64,000 nucleotides of DNA from Paraspadella gotoi (taxonomy: Eukaryota > Animalia > Chaetognatha), in NCBI GenBank assembly GCA_051294375.1, contig CM119263.1:24161657-24225656 (forward strand), in the 5' to 3' direction. The translations under genes were made by a program, and so were the position numbers. Positions 38,216-56,490 of this stretch are shown here, piece by piece. A model generated the notes under the pieces. It was not told the DNA's origin. It did no database searches and saw nothing but the letters and a program-made list of their open reading frames with translations. Numbering within the stretch: position 1 is the stretch's first letter; each line of letters starts with the position of its first letter.

Positions 38216-38831
38216 AAGGAGGGGGGAGTTCCCTTGGGGGAGCTGAAGAGTGAATGAGGATCAATTGAGCTGAAGAGGGAGTTTTATTTTATTAATGATC
38301 CTCTTTACTCTTGTATATTAAATTTCGCAACTGTAACTACTAATCTTCGTTTCCGAATTGTTTCTGATTTTCATTTCCTGTTAAACCAGAATTTCACTCA
38401 ACGGGCCAAATAGATTAGAAATCAATGGTGGGTCGCTCGCTACTCGTTTCAACGAGTGGTCTCTCCTTAATTCTTCGATATGATAAAAAGCCATGGGCCA
38501 AAAGAAGACTCGAGATAAAGAGAAGAGATAATCCGCTTCTTAATCTCGTTCGGAGATTTTTAAGGATCGATCGAGTCTTTGTCAATTGTAGAGACTCACG
38601 AAGTATGGATTGATCTCGAGTGGTTATTTGAAAAAAACAACTTTTAAAGTCAGAATGATTTTATTTTTTATTTTATAAAAAAGTTAAGTGATCATGATTA
38701 GCTGAGAAGCAAACGAGAGAGGAGTGAGAGAAAGATAAGAACTAGTGGTGATGAGGAGTGCCGAAGGACGATGATCGGGAGGAGCGATCGGTCAAGAGTG
38801 AAAGTGAGTAGCGTGGTAACATTTGGGCCGG

Positions 38832-38847
38832 CAGACGGTCTGGCGCC
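38832..38847 (-). promoter_or_regulatory. Candidate BMP/Smad composite element GGCGCC-N5-GTCTG
   Basis: Plus-strand CAGACGGTCTGGCGCC is the reverse complement of GGCGCC AGACC GTCTG; about 9.1 kb upstream of the Msx ATG. Confidence 0.45.
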
Positions 38848-40205
38848 AGTAGAGGTAGGGCCCTAAATGGGGTGCTGGGTGATGATTGTAGCGGGTTGAC
38901 CAGTTGGGTGAGCACGAAACAGTGGTCGAAAAGTTGAGTGACTTATCAGTAATCACAGGACGAGGAGAGCAATGTATTAGTTGAATTAATTTAAGTTAAA
39001 TATTAAAAACGACGTTTAACTGTAGCGGTAATGAACAACAATAACAACCACAAATTTAACTTCGGGAATACTTTTAACGCCGTCAATAGATAACACTAAA
39101 TTTCATACGTTAAAACTTATCAAAATTATGGAGAAGCAAATTTTATTTGAATAAGAATTAAGTCGCAATCAATAAATTTTTAATACCGACTTTCGACGCC
39201 GCGAAACAATAATCGCATTAAGCAGACGACTTTCGTTAAATCGAATTGGCTCCGTTTGGATTCCATTTATTAATACTTTTGTATTCCGCTAGGGATTTCT
39301 TCGATGGAATCACGATTGTTGATCCATAACCCAGATCTCCGATACCCGATTCCCGATTCTCGTTCTTACTTATCCGTTTTACTTCATCGAAGCAATCCAG
39401 TTTCCATCACGACCCCAATTGCTTTTTCCGGCGATTTGGAGATTTTCCTTTTCACACCGAGGGTTGTGATTCTGTCCCTACCGTTCGCTTCAGTGATTCC
39501 TTCGACGCCTTCGACCACTTCACTGTTCACTCCGGTGACTTTGGCTCCTCCACAAATCCGGAGATTTCGCTAATCGAGTTTTACAAATCTTCAGATTTTG
39601 CGATGCCTTTTAAGGTCTTTGTCTTTTTAAGAATCTCTCTCCAGATCACCTACCGACGCCTTTTCACCTCTCATCGCTTCTCTAGAACGACAACTTTGAT
39701 ACCCACCTCGGGACTCCCTTTATCTCCCTCTTCTACTTTGCTTTATATTAAACAATAAACATCCTATCCACTTCTAGTTCTATATTCTATATTCTATATT
39801 TGTTCTTCTTCATTCGAATCATTTTTCGCCAATTAATTTCAATTTCAATTTCATACGCACAACCTTAAAAACGTTATCTGAAAAAAATTCGTTTGGAGAA
39901 TTGGGAATTGGGGATATTTAAAATCGTCTTCACTTTCTCGCGGACATTTCCCACTTCGACATTAAATGGGTCAACTCTTCTTCTCTTCCTTTCTCTCCGG
40001 CGCTAAATTTAGACTCAGCTGTGGATCGGGATTACAATTAATGTACGAATCAACGAAGTCAACTGACCAAGACCAAACATGGGGTCTGATCACTCCTCCC
40101 TGCTTACCCATGTCCCCCCTTCCCTCCGCCCCTCCCCCCCCACACTTTGACAACAACTACGACAGCAACCTCGTCACCCCATGTCTTCTCTTCTTGGCGC
40201 CGATC

Positions 40206-40221
40206 GGCGACGCTTCGTCTG
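40206..40221 (+). promoter_or_regulatory. Candidate BMP/Smad composite element GRCGNC-N5-GTCTG
   Basis: GGCGAC GCTTC GTCTG, preceded by GGCGCC at 40196-40201. Confidence 0.35.
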
Positions 40222-41086
40222 TCTCTTTGCGCCAACCCCGTCGCGACAAAGCTCGTCACTCCATCTCTCGTCGAGTTTCGAAACCGTAACTCGGTTACTC
40301 GTCGCGTCAAAAGCTGCCCGTCACGCCATCCCCCTTTTCGTGGGCCTAAAATCCCGTCACGCCTTCAGACGCGACATCTTCCGGCGCCGAAGAAGCGCGA
40401 CGAGGCGAGCGCCCTCCCGTGGCGCGCGGGATGGCGTCAGCTTCGACGATGCCATCCGTCGGCGCCATCTAGTCGTCGCCTAAACTCGTCGCCGTCATCC
40501 GCCCCGCGGGAGACGAGGGTCGCTGACGCCGAATTTCGTCGCCCGATTCGGAGTTGACCGTCCGGAGAAAAGGCGGGGGAAGGGGGGCGGGTATTAGAGG
40601 GTAAGTATGGTGGAGAAGAGGAGGAGGACACAGTGAGGAGGATTTGTAAAATTTGCAAAAAAATGAAAAAGAAAAAAACGTATTTGCCACGACGTAGTAC
40701 ACGGTATGTGGTAAAAAGTATCTATGTCCGCTGAATTGAAAAATGAAAAATGATAGAAACAGAGATATAACGAAATTGAACAAAAATGGTTTCTGCAGCA
40801 CAAACCACCCTGCGACGCTGCCGCCGAGCGGCGCTGCGGCTCGGGCACCGGGGCGTGTCCGCGACCTCGTCGACCCGTCGCCAAAGAGAGGCGACGAAAC
40901 GTCGCGGAGCCAGAGACCGACGCCAGCGACGACGACAACGACGAGGACGACGACAACACGATGACGTCCTCTACAACGAAAGACCATTGAGTTTTTCCGA
41001 TGGATTGATTGGGTCTGGATGATCGGCGAAGCGAAATACAACGCGAGTTGTTTTCGACCCGGCCGATCCAGATCGTTTGCCCAAAT

Positions 41087-41489
41087 CAGGGACGTGTACG
41101 TAGATAAATTGCGGACCCCTTTACAATTATTTTAAAAGCCAAAATGATACTTACATTGGCAAAAATTTTGCTAGTATGTTATTGAATGGATTATACGCGA
41201 TTGTAATGGTTCATATTCTACTTTATGAGGGACTTTTTAAGTATCTTATAAAGGAAAAAGCCCTGTAATATTTTTAAATCCATACTGATCATTATAAAAA
41301 TACTATAAAGAAAACTATATTTTTGTCTCATGTAGGAAAATCCTAATATGCTCAGTTAAAACATAAAATTTATCATTTTATTTATATTTTTTACATAATA
41401 TTTTTCTTAATTTTTTTTCCGGAGACCCCCAGAGGAGCCTGGGCCCCTCTGTGGATGATGTCCTACCCTCTACAGTCTACACGCCCCTG
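41087..41489. mobile_element. hAT-like MITE
   Basis: 12-bp TIRs CAGGGACGTGTA / TACACGCCCCTG (1 mismatch) around an AT-rich core with GGGCCC-type subterminal motifs. No intact TSD. Confidence 0.55.
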
Positions 41490-43229
41490 CGCCGGGTCGC
41501 TCGATCTGTGCCCTCGCTCGAAACTATCGCCTCTCTCTCAGTCCCGAGTTACGACTGTAAAACGAGATTCGAATTAGATTTTGATTAGGCGAAAAACTCG
41601 GGTTTACGATTCGTCGACGGCGTCATGGAAACGTCGGCGGCGCCAACGCGTCGTTGCCAAGGTGACGCTGTCCGTCGAGAGGTCGACTCAAGGGCGTCGG
41701 CACGGAAGGGTAGAAGGGTCCGGGGGGGGGGGGAGGGGGGGGACAGCAGCGGAGGTCTCTTACGGTCAGAGAGGATAGATTCTATATTGGAGTGCCGAGG
41801 GCGTTGATTTTGGAGCGAGGGTCGAGGGTCAAGGGTTACGTCATGTCCCGTGTTTCGCACCCCGTTCGACACTTCCGGGGTCGCCCTACGGGCGGCGACG
41901 ACGACGACGATGGCAGCAGGTCGTAGGAGATGGAGTGATAAGAGAAAACGTGGTACTTTGAGTTTGACAGAGAGAGAGAGAGAGCCAGATAGAGAGAAAA
42001 GGAGAGAGATAGAGTGAGAGAGATATAAAGCGAGTCAAAGATCAGGAGATCACAAATTCGCCAAAGGGTGAAACGCTGAGTTAAAGTCGGAAATGGATCA
42101 ACCGATTTGTTACACTTTTTTTTCCGGCTTTGAAATCTGAGAGTTCGACATTTCAAATCTCCGAGTTTTCCGAATTCGTCTCCCCCTCTCTCCCCCCCCT
42201 TCTCGACTTGACAATCGTTAGTCCACTTAAAAAATAAAAAAAAATTACGACATTTCTCTTTATTTCATCCAGTTTTATTCCTTTCTTAAAATTTACGACC
42301 TTTGATATTTTTTTTTATTTTATGTTTTCGATGATTTTTAGGGATTTTTTTTTTTTTTAATCGTAAAGTCGTTTGGCATCCAACAGTCATCGTCCCATGA
42401 TTTGGCTGGAATCTTTTCTCTCTTCTCGCTACATCGCGGAAAAACTGTCAATCCCTCCTTCGTCATAGATTCATATTTTTTTTGCTTCCTTTTACCATAT
42501 TCCTTTTTTTTTTAGCTCCCAGTCATTTTTTTTGTTTATTTCGAATACATTTTTTTTTATTATTTTCGGTTTAGTTCCTCCCGCTTTTTTTGTGCGAAAA
42601 AAACGTGTTGAGGCTCTTTTGTTTTGTCATTTTCGTTCCTCATTTTTTAAAACTTTTTTGTTCATTCACAATATTCTTTTCTTTGTCAAAGGTTTTTTTT
42701 TTTCTGCTCGGTTTGAGTCGCAGTTTTTGACGACTTTTTGAAGCCGTGAATGGAAGAGGCAATTTACATCTATCACCGATTCAAATGATATTTCTTGGTG
42801 AATAGAAATATGATCGGAATGAATTTGACAGCGCGAAAGCAAAGTGGACTTAATTCGAGGGGACGGATTTCTGTTTGCGAACAAGCAAAGAAGAATAGTG
42901 ATAAGCTTTGAAACTTGAGGAACTCCGACGATTTATATTTTTTCGGAATCAATCTATTAAGTCGCATCACTAAAATGACATCAAATCGATCATTTAATCA
43001 AGAATTTTTTCCATTAAGTCCAATCTATATTCATCCGCTGTCTCAGTCGATTACTCAGTCAACTCATTCATTCACTTAATTAAATACAATAATCACACAA
43101 TATTACAATATATAAAATAATTATTCAGATTCAAATTAACGACGTAATGTTGACGACTTTGATTGGAGGCGACGATTAGGGCGCCAGCCCAATTTTTGTT
43201 CGTCTCCGTTTTTCTTTATTGGTACCGGA

Positions 43230-43316
<87 letters not shown>

Positions 43317-45160
43317 CCTCTTTGTAACGGCTGAGCGCGTCAAGAGAAAAGACCTAGCGGCTCCAAGGAAGTGGAAGGCGAGAGATGAAGTGGCGATGGG
43401 ACTCTTGGTTGGCGTCACGGACGACGGAACCGCAATGGAGTCACGTGACGCGCGAATCACGTGACTTTTCTACGTCGACGCCATTTTGTTTTTTTCGACG
43501 TCCTCGCCGGCCGACGACGACGACGAGGACGGCGTTCGGAAGCGACGTTCGGGACAAAATCTAAATGCGAGATTCACTCGATGCGAAAAGAAAATGAAGC
43601 GATGCCTTTTGTTTTGTTTTTTTATTTTGTGGTTGTTAATTCGAGCGAAGGGGGAAGTAAAGTCTAAGTTTTAACGCGTTTGTAATTTGGTGTTCGGGTG
43701 CGCGGGAGTTAATGGAATATTATTGTTCTTCGTCGGTTCGTATGATCCTATCGTTTTAGGATGCAATTGGCGACTTTGTCAAAATAATGAGTAAGTAACC
43801 GTCGCTAACTAGGAGCTTTTATTTTTATTGTTTCACAAAGAAAGATGTTACTTTATGAATTTTTTTTCAAGCTCGGCGATTTAATAGTAGCAGCCAATGC
43901 TCCGAGTACCTCTGCATCCGATGTAGCCAACAAAATTTATTTTCGAATGTGTCGGTTAACTTTCAGGAAAACATACATTTATTTATGTCCTACTGAAATG
44001 GAAAAATTAGTCGAACAACGAAAGATTCTTAGGGTTTAAGTGTCCCACTTTCTTTTATTCATCGTCTTCTTTGACGAGTTAAAAGTGATTTATTTGGTAC
44101 ATAATGAATTTTCCTGTTAAATTTTGCAAATAAGTAGGTAAAAAATGGTTTTAGACTAATTTTCCTCCACGAATATAGACCATACTTTTCCTTCTGATCC
44201 TTTGTGGCCATCATTTCGAATTTTTTATGGAAATGCCACAAAAAATGTTTTAAATCTAATGAATGGCGTGTTAATAAAGAGCTTCTAGCAATACCCACTC
44301 AATTTAAAATTCTCATGATTTGAAAAGAGTTCATTTTGGCCCCGGGGGATTGACTCGCCAAAAACGGCATAAATCAAGAAGTCAGGGAGGCCGAGTTTCC
44401 GCATCGATGAACGCCCTCGGTTTTTTTTTAATCACGAAAAGACAAATTGTGTGAGAAAAACTATATTTAAACGTTTATAACCTGGAGGTAAAAATTTAAC
44501 ATTCGATTATGATAACTTTATTAAGGTTAACAACTTAGTTTTATAGATATTCAAATTTTACTGTCGGAGTTAACCTAACTGAGCCAAATAGCAGCTGTTG
44601 TGAGCTAAAATTGCTCATTACCGAGGGTATTTGTTTGTTCTTGTTTGGGTTTGTTGGTTTGATAGCTCGTTTGTATGTTGGTTTATCATTGGTTGTCACG
44701 CATCGATGTCACTCTATCCCGTTTTCGTACTGCCTTCTACTTCTCCTTTACCCTCCTGCAGGGGCTGAGGGGCACAGTGAAGGTGCATTCGAAAAAAATA
44801 AGAACTTCTTATTCTAAATTATAATTACTTATGCAACTTTTACGCTAAAATTCTTCTACTGCCTTGATTCAAAAGCAAGGATGTAAGCATGTTCATCGCA
44901 CTTTATTCCAAAAAATAAAGAATATTTTAACTTGGAACTTCGTCCTCACTTCCCGACTCGAATCCACTGTGCGAGGCCGGCAAACGGCGTCACCGATCCC
45001 CTCGCCATCGATATCCACCCATTACCGCCATTACCCCTGACAAACTCGGCCTTTGTGCCAACTCGTTACCCATTCACCGACACAATGCACTTTTATCGCC
45101 CCATTCATCGCCCATTCATTCCTTATTCGTTGACAATCTTTCGAAACAAATAACAACGGG

Positions 45161-45228
<68 letters not shown>

Positions 45229-47305
45229 AGTTCCATCGACTGGCTTTAACCAAAAAAAGGCAACAAAGCCGAAATAAAATCTCTTCGTTTCGCTTCTTTC
45301 TTTTTTCCCCTTCCTTTCTTCTTCCTTCTTTTTCCTTCTTTTTCTTTCTTTTCTCTCCGTCTCTTTCTCCCGTCTGAATTGCATCGATCATCTCGTCCAG
45401 GATTAGCGTCTATCGCAAAGGCGCAGATTCCGGAAGGAGTCGGGGATCTGCCCTCGGCGGAAAATGAGCGGTCCGGTCGTCCGGCCAGGGTGCCCCCGAA
45501 ATCCGGCCGGGGGGTCCGGCGTTTTACGAAACGTTGGCGCCTAATCGATATGTATCAGAGGCGGTAAATTTTCGCGCCCCTTTTTTTCTGGTATTTTTTT
45601 TTTTTTTTTTTTTGGGCGGTGTCCGTAGAGTTTTAGAGGTTTTTTTTTGTTGCAGCGTGAACATTTAACTTAATCCAAAATATCTATCAGTATCACCTAA
45701 CAACTTCAACGATCGGAATTCTAACTTTAAATAGCGATTATTGTTAGGATTACCTAATAGCGTCGTCGTCGTTGTCGTCTACCAAACATCACGTCCGGAT
45801 GCCGATCGCCGATTCTGTTCATTTTGCGAACAAAACAACTAAAAAGGCTCAAAAAACGATAAGCATCTTTCGCCTTTCGAGTTCGAAAAAAACAACTCAG
45901 AGTCTCTAAACAGTCGAAGAAAAATCGCGTCGTTCGATTTTTATCTCAATTTTTTGACAAAAACAAATCGCTTTTTGTAAAAAGGGGGGGGGGATTGTTC
46001 CTGCCGTGGTGGTCACGAAATTCTCTCTGTTCCTTTCCTTGTCTCTCTTCCGATTGCTTGACTTGACAAAGTCAAATGTTTTCTCTGCGACGGTCGCCGA
46101 GCCGTCCGCCGTCGTAGCATCGCTTGCGAAAGCAAATAAGAGCGAGGCGAGGGAGTCTGACTCTAAAAATTAAAAGCAGAAAACTTCGACAGAGAAATCC
46201 AAATCGACTCATAATCGATTTACAATAATGTAAATTATACACTATTGAGGCAGCAACAACACGCGACCTTATCGACCTTACCGGCTCCTTGTAAAGTTAT
46301 TGTTACTGTTTTAGACTTAGCATTTTCTCTTGTTGATTTTTGTATTTGTTGTTGGAGAATAAATTCATTCTCGATCTGAACCTCGTCCCGTTTACTTGCT
46401 ACACTATACAGTTTACAGAGTTTTGCCATGAACTGAGTCGATCAAGCGCAATTGCCGTTATTGTTCTCACTGTTGCGGTGTTTTGTGTTGTTGTTTTTTG
46501 GTTGGTAAATCTAAAGATTAATTCCGATCTGTAAATTTGAAAATATTGAAAGTCCATATGAAATTACGACTCGAAGGAGACGAGATTAATTCACCGCAAA
46601 GAAACGAAAGACAAATCGAAGCCCGCTCATTAACGAGGACTCAGAGAAACGTCCGGTTTGGCCGATGGCATTCACCATTCCACAATCCCATCTCTCGGGA
46701 ACATCAGAATGATATTCAAGATGAAAACAATTATTGCTGCCTCGGCTACAATAAAAAAAGAACTACAACGACTACAAGAACTTAATTGCGGCCTCCTTCC
46801 GAGAAGAGTGAACGAGCGAGAAGCCAAATCTATTTTCCCTTTAATGCAATTAAGTCGAGGACAACCCCCCGTTCTCACCACGGGATGAGATCGAAGAACA
46901 GAGATAGAGAGCAATTCTGAAGAAAAGAGAGAGAGCGAGACGATCTGGTCATCGGTTCATCGCTGGTTTTGGCCGCGACCTCCCTGTGACTTCCGTGAAA
47001 TTCGGTACCGCACTTCGGACCCTATTCCATATTCATCATGCTTTCTTTGGTAGAACATGGTTATTGGTTAATTACAGGGCAAGTTGGTGGAGGTACGGAG
47101 GTAATTTTCCTTTAAATTTTTTTAGTTTTTGATACAATAAATTATTAAATAATTGAACCAGTTTTCCAAATGAAAAACATATTGAGCGATATGAATTCTT
47201 GAATGGTAATACTAACTTTTAACTTAAGACAAACGGGTAAATTGTTATTAAGATTCATACTACATCCTCGAGGTAAGGAAAGGAGGAGGGAAAGGGGGAA
47301 CACAG

Positions 47306-47409
<104 letters not shown>

Positions 47410-47547
47410 CCTTCGGGCGGCAGTTTCTAAAAGCGGTGATTCTTTACGACGGCGGACCCTTCGACTTCGGGAGCGACGGCGATGACGACGAAATCGAGAA
47501 GAACGACGACGATGTCGACGACGACGGCTCGGGCGGCGAAGTCTCTT

Positions 47548-47580
<33 letters not shown>

Positions 47581-47965
47581 GCCGTTTTCGTGGACGATCG
47601 ACTTCGCCTTCGGAAGTTAATCGCGAGTTAATCGTCGCTTCGCCGCCGAAAAAAAAAGGTCCCTCGCCATCGCGATTGCTTCCTTTGCCATTCAGAGTCA
47701 AAAAGGAACCAAATCATTCACAGCCTCACAAGGTCGGAAAACTATCTCGAAGACTCGAAATTAACTTTTTAATTCCCGCGATCCAAAATATTAAGCCCAA
47801 AAATTATTTTTTTATTTTCGACGACCAATTTGATTATAACACAGCTACTTGAAACGTCCAACTTAACGCTAAAGGCGGTGATCAATAATACCCAAAAATA
47901 TTTTGAAATCTGAAGAAAACGTCGTTATTTTTGTGGTTCGTCTTTTTTATTTTCTTCGCTCGACG

Positions 47966-52058
<4,093 letters not shown>

Positions 52059-52143
52059 AAGTATCTTAGACTTAGCCATGTTTTGTTCAAAAAAATGTTT
52101 CCCGTTCGTTACAAATCAAGTCAATAAAATTCAGAAAATTTTT

Positions 52144-52838
52144 TAACTAATACAGAACATTAGAAAATGCTCTCATGTTTTTTTCAAACCGAGAATCGGT
52201 TCCGATCAAATTACTAGGCCGACTTTTATGAAATTTTGCACGCATTAATTTTAGGGCAATAAAAATGGGACTATCGAGAGGATTTTTGAAATTTGACCTA
52301 TGACCCAAGATATGGGGCCCCTCGGATAAGCCCAGGAGGGCAAAAAATGGGAAAAATGTTGTTAATTTTTTTATCCTGATCAGTTTTCAACTTTCTATTT
52401 CAGAAAAGAACAATGAAAAAAACATTTTTGCTCCATTTCCAGGATAATAAACATAGGTTCTTGTCAGCTTTTGAGTGGAGAGCAAAAATGAGATCTAAAT
52501 TAATAGACTGTTTAAAGGAAGAAAAATAAATTTAAATTTATGAAAATTAATTTTAAAATGTTTTTTTCTACAAAGTTAAGACGAATGCAATTGATAAAAA
52601 AAAATTTTTTTAAAGAAATTTTTTTGTGGTCATTTTTGCCCCCGTGGGGGGATTCCCAAGGGCTCTGTATTTTAGCTCAGGGATAAAATATTGAAAATCG
52701 CCTCGAAAGTCCCATTGGTATTGCCATTAGGATACTGTATGCAAATTCATATAAAATTTGGTTTAGTGATTTGGTCAGAACCGATTCTCGGTCAGAAAAT
52801 CGGGACGAGTATTTTCTAATGATTTCTGTACTTAGTTA
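52144..52838. mobile_element. Foldback MITE with about 200-bp imperfect terminal inverted repeats
   Basis: Left arm TAACTAATACAGAACATTAGAAAATGCTC...CCGAGAATCGGTTCCGATCAAATTACTA; right arm TAGTGATTTGGTCAGAACCGATTCTCGG...GAGTATTTTCTAATGATTTCTGTACTTAGTTA. Confidence 0.8.
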
Positions 52839-53299
52839 TTAAATATGCCTGAACTTCCTGAACTCATATCATTCTTGGTAAATCTGTACAGTGGTAGGGG
52901 TAGCCCCACTCAATGGGGTGAGTCAAAAGTTTTGAATGATTACATNNNNNNNNNNAATTAATTTTAAAATGTTTTTTTCTACAAAGTTAAGACGAATGCA
53001 ATTGATAAAAAAAAATTTTTTTAAAGAAATTTTTTTGTGGTCATTTTTGCCCCCGTGGGGGGATTCCCAAGGGCTCTGTATTTTAGCTCAGGGATAAAAT
53101 ATTGAAAATCGCCTCGAAAGTCCCATTGGTATTGCCATTAGGATACTGTATGCAAATTCATATAAAATTTGGTTTAGTGATTTGGTCAGAACCGATTCTC
53201 GGTCAGAAAATCGGGACGAGTATTTTCTAATGATTTCTGTACTTAGTTATTAAATATGCCTGAACTTCCTGAACTCATATCATTCTTGGTAAATCTGTA

Positions 53300-54340
53300 C
53301 AGTGGTAGGGGTAGCCCCACTCAATGGGGTGAGTCAAAAGTTTTGAATGATTACATGCTCAAACGAAAATTTATACATTTTGAAGTAAGCTTTCAATAGG
53401 GGTAGCCGCACTCAATGGGGTGAGTCAAAAATTTTGAGTGAGTACATGCTCAAACGAATATTTAGACATTTTTAAGAATACTTTCAATGGACCAAAAATT
53501 TCTAATATGGCTCTATACCCTAGTAATTATTATTTTAATATTTATTTATAGATAGGAAAGGCCAAAAATTTTTTTTCAAATTTTAAGACCAGATTCAGAT
53601 AGCTCATAAAAAGTTGTCTTCACAAAGTATGATTCTTTTTTAAATATTTTTACGATAAGTATGTCAAAAATAAGAAAAACTGTAAAAAATCATCATCTTT
53701 CGATGATTTTATCAGTTTTTTCACTTAAAAAACGTAAGAATTTTTAAAAGCTAATTATATTTCTTGTTTAACTTTTTATGTTCTATCAGAATCCATCAAA
53801 AAATTTTAAGATTTTAAAAAAATATTTTTTGCTCAATATAGTAATATAATATTTTTAATTAGGCGAGTACCCTCAGAAGAAAGCATTTTTGACAAAAAAT
53901 ATTTTAATACCATAATCTATGGTCATGATAGATTATTTTAATGCTGTATACATTAGCATTTAAATTTCATCGGCTATGGCTACTTTCAATGAACAAAATA
54001 TTTCTTCTGTGGCTCTATACCCAAATAATTTTTTAATATTTATTTATAAATAAAAAGGCCATAATTTCTTTGGATAATTTTTAAATTTTAAGACCAGATT
54101 CAGATAGCTCATAAAAAGTTGTCTGCACAAAGTATAATTCTTTTTTAAATATTTTTATGATAAGCAAGTCAAAAATAAGAAAAACCGTAAAAAAATCAAC
54201 ATCTTTCGATGATTTTTTTTATATTATATAACATAGAAAACGTAAACAAGAAATATAATTACAGCTTTTAAAATTTAACTTTTTATGCTCTATCAGAATC
54301 CATCAAAAAATTTTAAGATTTCAAAAAAAATTTTTTCTAA
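53300..54340. repeat. AT-rich non-autonomous transposon-like block with internal direct duplications
   Basis: A unit of about 90 bp (AGGGGTAGCC(C/G)CACTCAATGGGGTGAGTCAAAA...) occurs twice at 53307-53488; 53480-53830 is repeated imperfectly at 53981-54335. Confidence 0.7.
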
Positions 54341-55138
54341 TATAAAAAGACAAGTAATTTTTAATGTATTAATCAAGACGTATAATGTAATTTTTTTTTG
54401 AAAATGATTGCCTAAATATTTAGTCAAGACAACTAAAAATACTTTGCTAATAGTCAAAATTTTATATTATCTCTGGAGTTGGTCCCTACCAGTGGCTTTT
54501 TAATTTAAAAAAAAAGAACTTGACGTGATTTTTAAATGTAATTCTGTATTTAAAAATCAAATGATCATGAGCGAAAAGTTTAAGAGTGCAAAAAAAAAAA
54601 AAAAATTTTAACAGTGACAATTGTGCGAGGCCGCAAACAAATCTACAGAGTAACTTAACATAATTTATACCTCCTGTTAGTAACAGATAAAACAAAATGG
54701 AGAGCATAAGCTGGCAACATAATGACCAAGTAAAATAACAGCCGAATCAACGGATTGATTCTTATGTAAAATCCATTAACCAGAATTTAAAAATCCGATA
54801 AGTAGACAACAGCTAAATTTTACCCGGCACAGCAAGATAAAATACGCATATTTAGTTACGATAAAAAAATAAACATTTCACAAATTGCGAAATCTTTTTA
54901 TACACGAAAAACTGTACATAAAATACAGTTTAAACACGAAATTATTAAACCCGAAAACGGCGAAGTGTTTTTTTAAAAAGTTTTCTTAACAATTTTTTTT
55001 ATATTCTGCCAACTAAAAGGAAAACTTAAAATGATTGGCAAGAAAAGAGACCCAACTAATAGGATCAACGAAAAAGGACTTTTTACAGATTTTCTTCTTC
55101 GCTTGCCTCCCGAGAAGTCAATAAGGCGAATGACCGTT

Positions 55139-56230
55139 TTACTCTTCCTCGAACATATCGTCATCCTCGTCTTCACCGTCCCCGGTGGCAGAGCCCGATT
55201 CGACAGCGGCGTTGCGCGACATCGCGCGCGCCGTGAAAAAGAGGATGCGCCGCATCTTGGCGTTGTGGAAGAAGTAGTTGAAAGACCAGAGACAACCGTC
55301 CTCGGAGAAGGGGTCTCCGCCGGAGAGGTCGGGGTTGTAGCTATAGATCTCGCAATTCTTGAGGTCGATCTCCTCGTCGATGGCCGACCAAAGTTGATGC
55401 TGCAGATCGACGTGTACTTGGCCTGAGGATGCAAGAAATGTTGGTCGCGGTTGCAAGAAATAAAAGTAGGTAAAGTTTAGAGAAAAAAATACGCGTATAG
55501 GTTTGCTTTTACCTTGGCCGGACGTCTGAAAGAGACAAGAGTCGATATTATTCGTGACCCAATCCAAGCTCGGTTCGCGGGAAAAGTCTTCACCTGAGAA
55601 TACCAAGAAAATAAATTCTAAGGTCTGGACTATAAAGTTTTAGTTAAAATAAGAAGCAATTAAACTTCACCTTTCGTCATGCTAAAGTCGTAGTCCGGAG
55701 CGAAGGCGGCGTTCAATGTCTGAGTCAAATAGAAAAGCGTCTTTCGCGATATCGTGTCACTGAGAAAAAACAGTCATTATCAATAACAAAAAAATATAGG
55801 AGATGAGAAGTATAATAAAATATGCTTCTGACTGGTGACGAATCAGGAAATAATCAGGAAGAAATTTAAACTAACTTCGAAAAAGGATTTTTCTCATCGT
55901 CGATAGACGAGCCGGAATTAAACCGCTTGCGACGGGACGGTGAGCCAGCAAACCAAGACTCGGGTGGGGACAGCGCTTGCAAATCGTCCCGGGTCGAGCC
56001 CGGTTCCATTGAGAGCATAGCGTTCAACATCTTCTTGTCGTTAGCGGTGCTCTTGCACGAATAGGATTCGATCTTTCCCAGCATCAAACAGTCGCCTGAC
56101 GAATGAAATCATTTTTTTTACTTTTTTAATACCATTCTAACAAGGGCGAAACGAAACGAAACTTACCCGACTTCAAGGCGTCAAGCGAGTTGTTGACGGC
56201 TTTAAGCCTTTCCGAGTCCAAAAACTTCAT
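55139..56230 (-). CDS. MAF1: Repressor of RNA polymerase III transcription Maf1, about 245 aa
   Basis: Exons 56230-56167, 56095-55876, 55759-55671, 55593-55513 and 55422-55139 (738 nt, phases consistent). Motifs [89 protein letters not shown], and an acidic tail. Confidence 0.97.
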
Positions 56231-56490
56231 CTTCGTTAAAGGAGTTTCGGTGGTAAAAATGAGCGAGAATCGGACGGGGTGAATGGAACTTTATCACCGA
56301 GATAATTGAGTTTAAAAGTTTGTACTGGCCGTAGAATAAAGAGGGCGGTACGGAGATTCAAGGCCTTGCCGAGGGCCTGATTTAACTCGTTTAATAGAGG
56401 ATTTTTCCCCCCTTTTGGTTTTAAAGACGAATCAGTGAATTTTAATTCGTAGTTTTTGTTCCTGAGTTCTTTGGACGTTGGCGTTTGATC

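Noticed and set aside
40140-41050. GC-rich blocks and ORFs upstream of Msx as coding exons
   Set aside because: No recognisable protein features or consistent splice phases; more likely regulatory or low-complexity DNA.
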